NCBI GenBank assembly: GCA_002633005.1
Contig: NMRA01000150.1
Location: 97,147-161,146, forward strand
Length of the DNA stretch: 64,000 bases
Source of the DNA: Phoronis australis
Lineage: Eukaryota > Animalia > Phoronida
Reading direction: 5' to 3'
The position numbers were made by a program, and so were the translations under genes. Shown piece by piece: positions 25,506 to 39,112 of this stretch. Position 1 is the first letter of the stretch, and every line of letters begins with the position of its first letter. The notes beneath the pieces were generated by a model. The model saw only the letters and a program-made list of their open reading frames with translations, was not told where the DNA came from and searched no databases.

Positions 25506-28007
25506 GAAATTTGATAGCAATGCACTACAATTTTGTGGAAAGTCTGTCATAGGTTGGAGGTGGGTCGCAGATCGTAAATTACATGAATCCTAGTTTCCGA
25601 TTTCACCCGGGTTTCAACTGCCTTAGGCTGCAGTAAGTGCCCCCCTCCCGAAACAAATTTTTCTAAGTGCGCTGGGTGCTTATTAGGCCGAATACAGTAC
25701 TAGAAATTCAGAGCATACGTTCGTCATGTACGTACCTCACACTCACCTCGAGCTGTCAGACAAAAATTTTTTAGAAGATATTCTCAAAAACAATTGTGTG
25801 TTGTAGTTTGCAATCATTCCACTAAATCATAAAACAAAAAATGCAACTAAATGCAACTCATAGAAAATTAATGTTAAAAATTGTTTTTTTTCAAAAATTC
25901 AAATTCTCTGCGTACGTTCGTCACACCCCTTTATAGGAAATATTCTTTGTCAGGTAAAAAGGTAGGAGAATTGGTATATGCTTTGAAAGCTATCAATGAG
26001 ACCTAACAATTGAGGTATTAATTATTTTCTTATGATGAACTTTTTTTCACAATTTATAAAAATGTTCTCTCATTATACGTCCGTCACAAATGGAGTTGTC
26101 CATGTTCTCTGATTACACGTCCGTCACAAATGGAGTTGCCCAAACACTTTTCCCGTAGATTCATGAAGTTGGAGAGAGAAACATGTTGCGATTTCAAACC
26201 CCTGATTGTAAACCTTTTGTTGGGCACTAAATGAGAATAGCTACAGTGTTTATTCATAATTTCAGAAATAAAATATCAGAAATATTTTCCACAAGTTCTT
26301 GGGATGTCTGTGACCAATGACGCATGTCTCCGTTCCTGTTACCCCAAGTCAAATTTTTTTGTGTGGTATGTTGCTGTGGAGACATGATCTGTAGTAAAGA
26401 AGTTTTAGTTATCTTACATCATATCTTAACTTTTTATTCTGTCCAGGCTGATGAGCTCCCTGAGCTGCTGTTAGCAAGTTAATAGGAGATACCAATGTTT
26501 ATTTGCTTGCTTTACTGGGCTGGACAGGGCAGGTCAATTTGTATGTTTGTCCATTTAGATGGACTGGATGCCTACTGCATGATGGCCTAAATTGACAGTT
26601 GGGAGAAATTTGATCAGAAAAAGCATTCATTCATTCATTAGGAGACTGTAGAAAAATGACCCTCCTGCACGGAACGTCTTGTATACTCCTCTATGGAAGT
26701 AACCCCCTCCCCCCAGTTTCTCTAATCATTTCCAGCATTCCGCACTCATAAGGAAGCACCTTTCAAAATTATTCATTGTGCAGTATACTGCCTTTGCAGT
26801 TGTTTTCTGGGGAATGGAAGTTAACTTTTGCTTAAGTGCATTTGAAATGTACTACAATACTGGTTCGGTTCATCATCCTAACTAAACTGAGTACCTCAAT
26901 ATCAGGGTCGGTGTTGAGTTAGGGGCTTACGTGTATGATCGATGGGGTTAGTGTCCAGGGAGCTCCATAGAATTGGAGTTGATGTGCAAGTCACATGTAC
27001 CCGTCATGTGCCGCGAGACTGATACGAAACCAAGTAACAAATGGATAACAAAAATTGAGTCGGTGGTTAAAGCATGTTAGCATGGTATTGAAACAGCGAA
27101 ATGCCAATTTACTTATTGAATTAAATTGAATTAAGGAATTGGGGCGAGAATTTTTCTCTGTACTAGCAAGCAGGGGTGTATGGGTATTTTCCCACCTGAA
27201 TAAACAATCTTCTGAACTGATTGTTACTAGAAGGTAAATGAATTGCGAACTTTTTAGGGTATTTCCTTAAAATCTGATGAACTGGGCATTCATGAAGACA
27301 CAGACACTTAGGAGAGAAGTTTTAGCATTACAAATTGGGAATGGTAGGAAGGTGAACATGGGTACTTGAAAGTGAAATTTTGGGAATTTCAGGAGTGGTT
27401 GGTTATACCAAGCATGGAGTACTGTGGTCACAAGCCTACTTGTTGATCATTAGTTTCAAACAGATGTGGCCTTACACTGCCCTCCTCAAGGAATTCATTA
27501 GAGCTGTGCTAATAAGTACCTGTATCCTGGTAAAGAAACCATCATTTCCATAGCTATCATGTTTCTAAACAGATAGACCTGCATGCCACACTGTGCTTGC
27601 TTGGCCCATACCATCATCCTTCCTAATGAGGTTTTGAAACTTAATTTTTACCATGTTTGATCTTTTTGTTACAAGCTCTGTACTCATTGAGATTGGTCCT
27701 GAGTTTGGCAAATAAGACGAAAAAAATTAAAAGAAAGTTAATGTTTTTGTGTTTCATACATGGAAATGACAGAAAGGATAGAAAGCCTGTAGGTGCTATT
27801 TAGGCTGCCAGAATTAGTCACGGGTTGCGTGGTTTAAAACTAATCCATGCTTCTGCTGATGAACTGTATAATCATTCTAAGAATTGCAGAGCACAGTTTC
27901 CTTTGAAATCAATTCCTGGAGTGAATTTTCAAATCTCTTGTAATGTTTAACTGTCATTCATTAATTGTGTGAGAAATGGATACATTTTTAGACATTGTTG
28001 ATTTCAG

Positions 28008-28116
28008 AAGCGTGCCAAGCCACTACCCCTTTGCAGCTTTTGCCTGGGTACAGCTGAAAAGAACAGAGATGGTGCTGCTGAGGAACTCATCTCTTGTGCC
28101 GAATGTGGCAACAGTG
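28008..28116 (+). CDS. KAT6: KAT6 exon: PHD1 N-half
   Basis: tttcag acceptor; [36 protein letters not shown](G); G|gtatgt donor. Confidence 0.95.
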
Positions 28117-28696
28117 GTATGTGTCATGGATATAAGATTTAATGATACTTTCCTTTTTAGTATTACACTTAGAGTATACAAATCGGGTTATATCCTGGTT
28201 TTGCCTTGACAGTGAAAAATTCCTGGTCAAAATTTTCTTAAGATATGCCATTGAAGCCAAAGAAAATATCATACTTGGTTCAGTTTTTTTCAAGCTGAAA
28301 TGGTTTGCAATTTGCCTTTAACCCATTCGTTGATGCTTGCTGAAATAGGTCAGGAATGGGGATATGTCTTCTCTTATTTCCTATCTTCACGTGATGCTTG
28401 TTGTAATGGACTCAGTTAGAATTCTTCTTTCTCTACACTGTCATGTGCAAGTTTCCAAAGGCGGACCTGTACCGTGCACAAAAAATGCGGATGTGTATGG
28501 AAATTTGGCTTGTAGTACACAAGACCAGGCAAAATTATGCAAATTATTAAGTGACTTGTTACTCACTAAGTTAGTGATATGATAATAGAAATAGAAGATT
28601 TTTAAACTTGAAATTAAAATATGTGTTCGTGTTATTTTAATCTAAAAGCTTGAACTGCAAAATTAGAGACATGCTTTGTTCATTTATTTATTATTT

Positions 28697-29780
28697 ATTT
28701 ATTACCCTGCACGTGCAAGCGCAGAGTACTGTTGTTCCAGGTTTTCTTCAATTTTATTCTTATTACTTTATTCTTATTCTTCTTCCGACTAACTTTGACG
28801 GTTAATAACTCCAAAATGGGTGCAGGCATGTTCTTTAAATTCAACATGTGATTTTCAGGAGTACATAAATTTTTATTTGTTTCATAACCATATTCTATTC
28901 CATAATGGACCGAAACAGGTCATTTGGTGCAAAGGTCATAAAATTTTCAAAATGCTACTCATTCAGTTTTAAAGCCATCTCCTTCAAATTCAGTGCATAG
29001 GTATAAGTGAACATGGCAATTTAAAAAAATACTTTTCTAAGTAATCTAGTCATCCAATCGGATTAAACAGGTCAAAAGTCATGAGGTGCAAACTAAGATT
29101 TTGAGCAAGACACTTCAAATTCATATATCTTAATTTAGTAATTCAGTTCGAAATCCAGTCATTTGGTGCAACCATTCAGTCATTAGGTGCATTTTTCTTT
29201 GGAAAATTTGACCTTTTCATTCGCCAAGTTTTCTGATGTGTCAACAGTTAGACAACTGTGATTCTTAACATTAAACACACTTTTCTTACAGAGCCATATA
29301 ATGCACCGGATAGGGTCAATCATTGCAAAGGTCATCTAACATTCAAAATGTTATTTTTCCTACATTTTTCAAGTAATTCTTTTCAATTTCAACTCACAGT
29401 TGTATACCTTCATGCTAACCAAATACTCTACTTGACTAAGCAATAGGAACACCCAGTCAGAAACAAAGGTCAAAGGGCGCCGAGTGAAAACTAAGATTGT
29501 GAGCCAAACACTTCAAATTTTCATATCTGTTTAGTAAAAAGTAAATGAATTTGAAGTTAAAGTTGCTGGTCATTTGGTGTAGCCATGGGGTCATTAGGTG
29601 CGTTTTTCTTCAGAAAATTTGACCAATTCATTCATCTTGTATTCTAAAGTGTTTAAAGTAAGACATCTGGGATTCTTGGCATTAACCACACTTTTCATCG
29701 AGTTTACACTTATTCCCTCATTGGGGCTCATAATTCACCAAAAGGGTCAATTGACATTACGCCAGAAAATGAATGACAGG
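28697..29780 (+). mobile_element. Second HINE/DINE-like family, decayed; 3' end not resolved
   Basis: tattaccctgc...gcagagta 5' hairpin, (TTC/TTA)n microsatellite, and repeated aaaggtca / gtcatt(t/a)ggtgc monomers. Confidence 0.5.
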
Positions 29781-31561
29781 TGTGATTGACCAATCAGAAT
29801 GCTGCATTCCAGACACTCTTCCAGACAGAAGTTCAAGTCTCCTTCTTGTCCGACAAACAGCGGCTGTAGGACAAAACACGTTCAACTACAATGTGCATTT
29901 TAAATGGCCAAGTGGTGTTGTGGTGTGCGTAATTCAGACACTCATGCTGACAGAGATGAATGTTATTTCAGTTTTTGACCTTTTCCAAAGCCTAAAAGTG
30001 ACGTAATAAGCAAACGGTGGATTAATTAATCTCTGTGTACTCTCGCACAAGCAGCCTAAACTTTCAACATTGTTTGATCACTCGAAAGCTTAACACAAGT
30101 GTGTTCTAAGGTATGCACTCTTTTTGATATTTCTTCCCAATATCGGAATTTTGGCTCTGGATTACAGTCTTGTTAAGTGTGTGTGACCGACCCACTGGCT
30201 ATCTGCGATCACTTTCTGGTTCATTACAACTGGCATGACAACCATTTCCATAGCACGACGAAAAGGAGTTAAAATATAGTCAAGCAAGAGTCAAAATGCA
30301 TTGCATGCCTGCCTACTTACCTATTAGAGGCTCTTACATTTATACTGACTGTGAGTCTTGTTCTTCCCATATACAACAAAGGATCGTGATTTCCATCCTT
30401 ACTTGTTATAGGCCTATTCCTATTCCTTGGTAAACTCCTCAGTCTTGGCCCTGTCGAGCAAGGCTCGTGGTATTATCTCGACAAAGATTGCCAATAAAAG
30501 CCAAAACGAAGGATTGAAAACTTAATTATGAACATTGGAGAAAATTCACATTAATTACCGAAAATACATAGCATTTTGGCACTACGCCGTGGCAATACAG
30601 AAACGGGAAGCACGTACTGAGCAAATACGCAGTGCCCATATTGGTTGTCTTGTACGTAGTATATAACTCAGATATATAAATTGAACAGATTGGCAACATT
30701 CCGCACTCGGCAAGCGTGCTTTCTTTAGTCTGTCTTCAGAGGTCATAATCACGGTCACCACTGAAGTGCTAACCGGATTAGGCTGGTGTTGCTTCATCAA
30801 AATCACTACCTTTGAAATGTTAATTTGAATGGTTACTGTTACTCCGAATTTCGACTTGTTTCGTGCATCTGTCACGGCGCCGGCTCGACCATTGGCGATC
30901 ACTGAACACGAAATTCTCAGCTAAACTGTTACAGTTACAGCTCAGTAGGTTTCTTGATCCCCTCAATTTGTTTTGCTTTGGGGAAAGAATTGTTTTTCAT
31001 TAAGTATTTTTATTATTATTTTTAACTGCATTCATGCAGTTTTTGTCAATGTTGATGTCAACTCCATGAGGCTCGTCAGATTTGCGTCGACTTCTGAAAC
31101 ATCCGCTGGCGGTTTACATGTTCTCGACGTAAATCTTCCCCCGTAGGAACCTTTTCTGAAGGCTTTTGTCTTTGTCATGGTGAGATTCATAGGGAAGATA
31201 ATGTTCGCCAAAGTCTGCGTGAATATCAGCACACCGGTCTTGCTTGACGAAGCCATTCCACATCATGTGACATTATTGGCGGAGCGATCTGGTTGGCGTA
31301 AGATCAATTAGTGCAAAGGTTATCAAATTATCAGCATGTAATTTCTCCTTCAGTTTCAAAGAATTCTTTTTCATATTGGTAAACGGGTTGTTGTTAATGA
31401 CTTCCCATTTCAATTCCAGTAATACGTACGCGCAGAGTCCATTATTGCCGGGCAGTGACAATAATCTTTCTATTTTATTAATAAAATATTTATTCATTCT
31501 AAATGTAGCTACATCATTGACAAATTACACATGCTCTTCTACTGATTTTCATCATCACTGG

Positions 31562-32930
31562 CAGGGCTCAACACTAACGGTTGCCCGATTGCCTGTGTAC
31601 ATGTAGATTTTGCGTCGGGCAAGTGGAATTTGAAAAGTACTTGCCCGATGGGCAAGTTAAAAAGCTAGCCGCATAGGCAAGTAGAGCCTAAGATTGTCTG
31701 CTTGACATTTGCTCCAAAGTAACGAACCCCGACACAAGCCTAAAAACCGTCGAAAAAGCCCGTGGCTGTCAAAGAAACTCCCGTCTTCGAATGAGCACCG
31801 AAAGGAAAATAGAACGAGTGTGATGCAGCATGCACAGATGACGCTCGCTGTCAAATCCTTTCGATTCTCTGAACGTGCCCTGCAGTTTCTGAATAAGTTG
31901 TCACGTGATACTACTGATCGTCTGCACTCTGGCAAAACGTCTTAACATGGAAGCTGTCCAGGCCTGGACGGCATTGGTTTAGTTGCTAAAAAACGAGTTT
32001 AGGAAGAATCAAAGCAATAATATGAAACGAAAAGAGTGCGGGGATGGGTTCCGTCATGGGAAATTAGGTTTTCTGGCCTGCGAGACAGTGAACAAGGGAT
32101 GACGTTTGATTTTTGCGGACGTTTACCCATGTACAGCTGGAAGCACCGCGTTCGTCTGTGGATGTAAGTCATACAGATAAGCTCAAAAGCTAAAAAGTGA
32201 ATGATTGACAACATATTTTTTACACTACACAGCAGTTTAAAAGGCCTGGTATTTATTCAGGGGAATTCCAAAGGACATTCTTATGAATTCCCGGCTCCCG
32301 GTGGCGACTCCCGAAAGAAGAGGAATACGGCCTTCGGGATTGCCGCTCTAAAGTCTGAAGGGTGACTTTTTCGCGGTCTATCTATTTTTCAAAAATGTAA
32401 TTATTTATTGAAAATTAAAGTATATGTGGCATTATTATATGTTAAAATTTGATTTTAATTTAATACAAGGTAACGATGACCAAAACTGTGCAAGATTTTT
32501 ACGGATAACAAAAATTGAAATTCAGGTTAGCAACAACTCAAGTTTAATGCATGAGGGCGTTTATAAACTAATGAATACACAGAAGTGTCTAGAGTTCATG
32601 CCCTAGCTCATTTCGGCGCCTGTGAACGTGTGACAATGGTTCAGATACCTGAGTTACTCTTCTAATTTGTCTCTCTAGTGTTTTGATACACCTTATAAAT
32701 AAATGTTCTATAAGAAGAATCGTTAAAAAATAGAAACTCGTGTATATAGCGTGCACAACACAAGAGGAGGCTCAGCACAGGCAGCCCTACGGTGACACAT
32801 TACCTATGTGCACATGCACGGTGCTATTTGGGATTGTACTAGGGGCAAGTGAATTCGTTGTTCGGGCAAGTAAAAATTTCAAATACTTGCCCGAAGGGCA
32901 AGTGGCTTAAAAAGTTAATGTTGAGCCCTG
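31562..32930 (+). mobile_element. hAT5-like non-autonomous element, copy 1
   Basis: TIR CAGGGCTCAACA; TSD ACTGG/ACTGA; subterminal gggcaagt repeats. Confidence 0.85.
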
Positions 32931-34570
32931 ACTGACCTAAACTATAAGCAATGACTTCTACGGTTGGTGGTTATTTTACTTCGTTTGATTTCGACTATCT
33001 GCATGTAAATGCATACTGTTGTTATAATGTCAAAGAATGAGAAGTTGCATATTTCGAGTTGTGAAGAAAATAGCTTGATAGAAGGGGGCATCTGTTTTTG
33101 CCACGTTATTCCGAAGTATAGCTGTGTCTTATTGAAAAGCTATGGGAACCATCGAATTAACATTGCAAAGTTTTGTGACGTGTTGTGTTCTTGTGCACAC
33201 TGTGGCTGCACTGACTTTGTACCAGTACGGTGGTATGTGTTTGTAGAAACTTTCAATGAACAACCATTCTAAACTTTTGTGCAATGGTTAAAAGCATGAC
33301 GTCTGATGTACCGTAATCGTTCGGGTTAACGCCCATGCTCAGTTAACCGCCCACCCCTACTTTAGGTGGATTTTCGATTTAACCGCCCACTGCTCGGTTA
33401 ACCGCCCCCCTGCTATTTTTTAAGATTTCCAATTAAGCGCCCACCTCTCGGTTAAGCGCCCATCCGCTACTTTTGACGATTGGTGATTACCGCCCTGTGC
33501 TAATAGGAAACGCGAATCCCCGACCTTTTAGATTAAGATCGATGATAACATTGAGTGCAACGACGGCCTCAGAGACCGCGGTTTAGCAATGTGAATTATG
33601 ATACCAGTAACAAATTATTGTAACGGGTCATCGATTAACTTCAAAATGTAATACTTGAACACTTTGTCACTTTCTTTTCTTCTCATGTTCGCAAACTTTA
33701 GGAACCGCGCTGGCGTCTACACCTCCACTTTCAGCCACAATCTCTGCCGCACTGAGTNNNNNNNNNNNNNNNNNNNNNNNNNNNNNNNNNNNNNNNNNNN
33801 NNNNNNNNNNNNNNNNNNNNNNNNNNNNNNNNNNNNNNNNNNNNNNNNNNNNNNNNNNNNNNNNNNNNNNNNNNNNNNNNNNNNNNNNNNNNNNNNNNNN
33901 NNNNNNNNNNNNNNNNNNNNNNNNNNNNNNNNNNNNNNNNNNNNNNNNNNNNNNNNNNNNNNNNNNNNNNNNNNNNNNNNNNNNNNNNNNNNNNNNNNNN
34001 NNNNNNNNNNNNNNNNNNNNNNNNNNNNNNNNNNNNNNNNNNNNNNNNNNNNNNNNNNNNNNNNNNNNNNNNNNNNNNNNNNNNNNNNNNNNNNNNNNNN
34101 NNNNNNNNNNNNNNNNNNNNNNNNNNNNNNNNNNNNNNNNNNNNNNNNNNNNNNNNNNNNNNNNNTATGCAAGCGTTCGGAGTTTGACCACACTCTACAT
34201 TTTCGAAACTATTTGTTAATTAGAGTGCGCAGAGTACGCACTTGGTGGCGATAAAGTTCTTTTCAAAGTGTTAGGCGATCCCAGTATGTGGCTTAGTACA
34301 TGTGGTGACTCACATCATAAGGTAAGATTAACCGCCCAGGGCGGTTGCCTGTCGTAATAAGCGCCCATGTTCAGTTAACCGCCCCCCCCCGATTTCTTGA
34401 AATTTCACGGTTAAGCGCCCATGTCTGGTTAACCGCCCACCCCCGATTTTTTGGGTTCGCCAATTTAACCGCCCAGGGCGTTAACCCGAACGATTACGGT
34501 AAAACGTTGTCCAGTGCCGATTCATGAGTACTTTTTTGCAGATATGCTTTTTGGTCAGATTAAGAAACGA
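32931..34570 (+). mobile_element. Decayed transposon segment with a zinc-finger remnant (paralog at about 37670-38130), interrupted by 33311-34499
   Basis: Shares sequence such as tgtttttgccacgttattcc with 37670-38130. The K(F)CDVLCSCAHCGCTDF segment resembles the C..C...FS..HGG..D N-terminal finger of hAT-type transposases. Confidence 0.45.
33311..34499. mobile_element. Tc1/pogo-like MITE spanning gap 33758-34165
   Basis: Perfect 24-bp TIR CCGTAATCGTTCGGGTTAACGCCC, TA TSD, many ttaa(c/g)cgccc subterminal repeats. Confidence 0.88.
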
Positions 34571-34984
34571 GTGTAACTTATGAAGCAAGGAACTATTCCT
34601 TGTTATGTATCTTATCATTGTACCAGGCATGTATTTACAAAATTATGCAAGTTCAATAAGGAACGTGATCTTTTCACAGCTGCAAACGCAGTCCACCAAC
34701 TGAACACCTTAGAGAATTCTGGAAGTTAATAGTCAAACCACTATATGTATTACCGTAAATTGAGAAAAGTACCAAGTAAACAGAGTCTCAATATGTTAAC
34801 TGAAAAGAATTGTCGATGTTTGGCCTCTACTGGAAAATTTGTAAATTTGCTGAAAAATATTTGAAAAACTGGTGTCCTAAAAACTCAAATGCAGATTTGT
34901 TGGTACTCAGGTATGCAAATTAGTCTAACTGAAACTACAACACCTCGGAAACACAATCATGTTGTTGTCATGTGACTTTTATTT

Positions 34985-35448
34985 TCACTGAATGAGTACC
35001 AATCGATTTGTTGTTTTTACGTGTGCAAAGAAATTTGGAATCTTGTTGAAGGAGAAGGACTGGAAACTGTACATGAAAGATTCAATCTCATTGACAAGTA
35101 CGTTGTGTCTGTTCTTAAAGGCCAGACAATTATAGTGGGACACATTCCTCGCGAGATCAGCAAAACTTGCATTCTTTTTGAAACACAGTGGAAGTTTGAA
35201 GTGTATATGGTAGTCATGGCTAAATACTGACATAGTGGTGAGGCTGGTCGTCTAGAAATTCCATGCACAATGGTTTTTCCAGTACTGCCGATCTTGTTGA
35301 TAAATTGAAGATGTTACTGTAGAATTTTAGTACTGTAGATAAGTCATTTTTCGCATGAATACGTTCATGGGCTGGGCACTTGTTTCAGGGAAGTCTGAAA
35401 ATGTGGAGGCACTTGTAGGAGCTTGAGTGCTTATTAGGCCGAATCCGG
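34985..35448 (+). mobile_element. Fragment of the HIRAN-carrying CCGTA element (opposite orientation)
   Basis: 35003-35322 reads ..YVCKEIWNLVEGEGLETVHERFNLIDKYVVSVLKGQTIIVGHIPREISK...GRLEIPCTM; ends ttattaggccgaatccgg|ta. Confidence 0.75.
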
Positions 35449-35769
35449 TATATTGTGGTAAAAATAGGTCAAATCAAAGATTTGGTTATTCTGTACAGTA
35501 CTTCACTTATTATGGGCCAACTTATCCTTGATCACTATTTGTTTCATAGTATTAATCACTTTTACCTGACTGCATGCTGAATAGAACACAAATGACACCA
35601 AAATGAAATGGATGTTGTCAGTGAAAATGAAAATGAGAGTTAATTGGTATCCCAATGGAAAGGAAAACTATGCAGTCCCAATTTACCTCATACTATAATA
35701 TTTGAAAAGTGTTTTTTTTTGTATTTGTTGTACTTGATAAAAACTTCTGGCAGAATTTTAAAGCTTTTA

Positions 35770-37142
35770 CAGGGCTCAACATTAACTTTTTAAGCCACTT
35801 GCCCTTCGGGCAAGTAGTTGAAATTTTTTCTTGCCCGAACAACGAATTCACTTGCCCCAAGTACAATCCCAAATAGCACCGTGCATGTGCACACCTAGGT
35901 AATGTGTTACCGTAGGGCAGCCTGTGCTGAGCCTCCTCTTGTGTTGTGCACGCTATATACATGAGTTGCTATTTTTTTAACGATTCTTCTTATAGAACAT
36001 TTATTTATAAGGTGTGTCAAAACACTAGAGAGACAAATTAGAAGAGTAACTATGGTATCTGAACCATTGTCTCACGTTCACAGGCGCCGAAATGAGCTAG
36101 GACATGAACTCTAGACACTTCTGTGTATTCATTAGTTTATACGCCCTCATGCATTAAACTTGAGTTGTTGCTAACCTGAATTTCAATTTTTGCTATCCGT
36201 AAAAATCTTGCACAGTTTTGGTCATCGGTACCTTGTATTAAATTAAAATCAAATTTTAACATATAATAATGCCACACATACTTTTATTTTCAATAAATAA
36301 TTACATTTTTGAAAAATAGATAGACCGCGAAAAAGTCACCCTTCAGACTTCAGAGCGGCAATCCCGAAGACCGTATTCCTCTTCTTTCGGGAGTCGCCAC
36401 CGGGAGCCGGGAATTCATAAGAATGTCCTTTGGAATTCCCCCTGAATAAATACCAGGCCTTTTAAACTGCTGTGTAGTGTAGAAAATATGTCGTCAATCA
36501 TTCACTTTTTAGTTTTTGCGCGTATCTGTAGGACTTACATCCGCTGACGAACGCGGTGCTTCCAGCTGTACATGGGTAAACGCCGGCAAAAATCAAACGT
36601 CTTCCCTTGTTCACTGTCTCGCAGGCCAGAAAACCTAATTTCCCATGACGGAACCCATCCCCGCACTCTTTTCGTTTCATATTATTGCTTTGATTCTTTC
36701 TGAATTCATTTTTTAGCAACTAAACCAATGCCGTCCAGGCCTGGACGGCTTCCATGTTTAGACGTTTTGCCAGAGTGCAGACGATCACTAGTATCACGTG
36801 ACAACTTATTCAGAAACTGCAGGGCACGTTCAGAGAATCGAAAGGATTTGACCGCGAGCGTCATCTGTGCACGCTGCACCACACTCGTTCTATTTTCCTT
36901 TCGGTGCTCATTCGAAGGCGGGAGTTTCTTTGACGGCCACAGGGACTTTTTCGACGGTTTTTAGGCTTGTGTCGGGGTTCGTTACTTTGGAACAAATGTC
37001 GAACAGACAATCTTAGGATCTACTTGCCTATGTGGCTAGCTTTTTAACTTGCCTGTCGGGCAAGTACTTTTCAAATTCCACTTGCCCGACGCAAAATCTA
37101 CATGTACACGGGCAATCGGGCAACCGTTAGTGTTGAGCCCTG
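35770..37142 (-). mobile_element. hAT5-like non-autonomous element, copy 2 (inverted relative to copy 1)
   Basis: Same TIR; perfect 5-bp TSD TTTTA; full-length reverse complement of 31562-32930 with scattered substitutions. Confidence 0.9.
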
Positions 37143-37168
37143 TTTTAATAATATGTAGCTTGAGTGAA

Positions 37169-39112
37169 AGGCGAAGGCAACTTTTTTCCGTGTCATTTTC
37201 AGTAAAAATAATGTTGCTTGGTTGTATCAAACATGTTTTTCAGTTAATTACAGGTTCTCGTAATGTAATTAATTACTCTTGCCATACTCTGGAAGTGATG
37301 TTTTGGGAGTCAAGAATTATGTGCCTTTTCTTTTCATATATCAGACCTTTGTACCATATGCAAAAAATGCAGATTCGTACAGAAATCAAGCCTCCAGTAT
37401 GTAAGTACGCACGGCCAGGCCAAAATATGCAAATTCAGCAAATTCAAAAGAGATTAATTCGCTTGTTTCTCATTAACTCTGCCGATTTGTAGTCAAAACG
37501 GACGAGGACGAAAATTATAAAGTTAGAAATTTAAAAAGTTTTGTAAAATTATTATTTTAGCCAAAAAGTTGAGCCACAAACTAGGGAAAGTTGCTTCATT
37601 TGATTCTCGAAATAGCCCGATAATTGGCGAATCGCGAGGCCTCTTCTATCGGTATGTGTGTCACAGGCCTGACCTATAAGCAACGACTACTGTGATTTGT
37701 GGATTACTATTTACGGCTAAATACGTACTGTTGACAAAATGGCAAAGCATGAGTGGTCACATATTCCGAGCTGTGAAGAAAGTAGCTTCTGAAAGAAGGG
37801 AACAACTGTTTTTGCCACGTTATTCCAAAGAATGACAATGTCTTATTCAAGGGACCATGAAATATATACTGCAAGTTTTATAGCGTGTTGTTTTTTGCGG
37901 GCATGGTGACTGCATTGACTTCGTAACATGTTGAGCTGACGATAATACTCGAGTCACAGTCGAGCCTCGAGGTCTTTTCGTATGCAGTACGGTGGTACGT
38001 GTTCACAAACACTTGCAATGAATAATTATTCAAAACTTATGATTGGTTAAGAAAATATCGTCTTGTGCAAAACATTGTCCAGTGCAGATTCATCAACACA
38101 TTTTGCAGATATGTTTTTGTGTTAAGAAATGAGGTGTATATACATTAGACATTACTAAGTTCAGTAAAGACATTTGATTAACAGGTTCTTTTCACTAAGC
38201 ATGTTCTCCCTCAAGTAAATAACTTGAATTATTCTGAAAATTGGTGATCGATTCACTGCGAGTATTTTAGAGGCAAGTAAGTAGGAAAAGTACCCATGTA
38301 TGTAGCCAGGGGGGGCTTGAATGAGTTCCCCATTTGGCAAAGAGGGCAAAAAGAGTCCTGAGAGAAACCAAAAGTCCGAGAAAACAGACAAAAGTCCACT
38401 AAAGAGGCAAAAATTCGGCGAAAGGTCTGAACGCTGAGTAAACCCCTTTTTTGTTTTTTTAGTTAGTGAAAGGTTCACTGCGAAAAATTCAACCTCCCCC
38501 CCTATATTTTCGGCTAAATTTGGTCTGTACGTGAAAATCTGCAAATTTACTGAAAAATCTGCACATCTGGTGTACAGAGTACTCCAATGCAGTGTTGGTG
38601 GTACACAGGTCTGTTTTCACTTAGTGCGTCTCAACACCTGCCTGTGCCTGTGCGTGCTCTGCCTTGTTATACTCTGGCTCAAACATATACCAACCCACTG
38701 ACTGTCTGTGAAAAAATTCCTCGTCACCACTGCTATGAACAATGTCTCCGTCACTCACGTCACTACGGTCACTGTGATATGGGTCGCCAACTCCAGCCAT
38801 TTTCAGGTTACTACAAACTAAACGATCCCTAAGTCCAGCATAATTGAGTTCTCTAACAACCTAGCTTGTCCTTGAATACTCGTTAATGGGAAGTGGTGAC
38901 TACAATTTTAGAAAAAACAGCACGTAAACAACAGTAGTACAATTCCTCGCAGTAACTCGAATGCAGAACCAAATTGGCGCGTAATGGCAGAAGTAATTAA
39001 TTTCATTACGAGAAGCCATAATTAACTGAAAAATATGTCTGGGATAATCAACAAACCTTATTTTTACTGAAAATGTTAGTGAAAATGGCACGCAAAAAGG
39101 TTGCCTTTGCCT
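37169..39112. mobile_element. Kolobok-family copy related to 7710-8601, with nested insertions
   Basis: tgaa|AGGCGAAGGCAAC ... GTTGCCTTTGCCT|ttaa; both arms are similar to the 7710-8601 TIR. Confidence 0.7.

Larger units (their letters stand above)
22620..25697 (-). mobile_element. CCGTA-ended Tc1/pogo-like element (left end truncated) carrying a decayed HIRAN-like ORF at 22731-22998
   Basis: Colinear with 42142-45216; right end ttattaggccgaatacag|ta. Minus-strand translation SSIRSFHMYKEIWNLDEGEDL...LKCKVTAK*RHSSKARGLQIPRTMIFSG. Confidence 0.75.
21785..26141. mobile_element. Putative Sola-like non-autonomous element hosting nested insertions
   Basis: GGGCAA(T/C)TC termini, flanks AAAT/AAAC, and a recurring tacgt(c/t)(c/t)gtcac motif in both arms. 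Confidence 0.45.

Noticed and set aside
26870-27135. Possible decayed SINE 3' half with an attgaattaa tail
   Set aside because: No recognisable A/B boxes or TSD; too weak to call.
31032-31497. Minus-strand ORFs with FALIDL, reminiscent of the hAT dimerisation region
   Set aside because: The following ERxFS motif is absent; similarity is insufficient.
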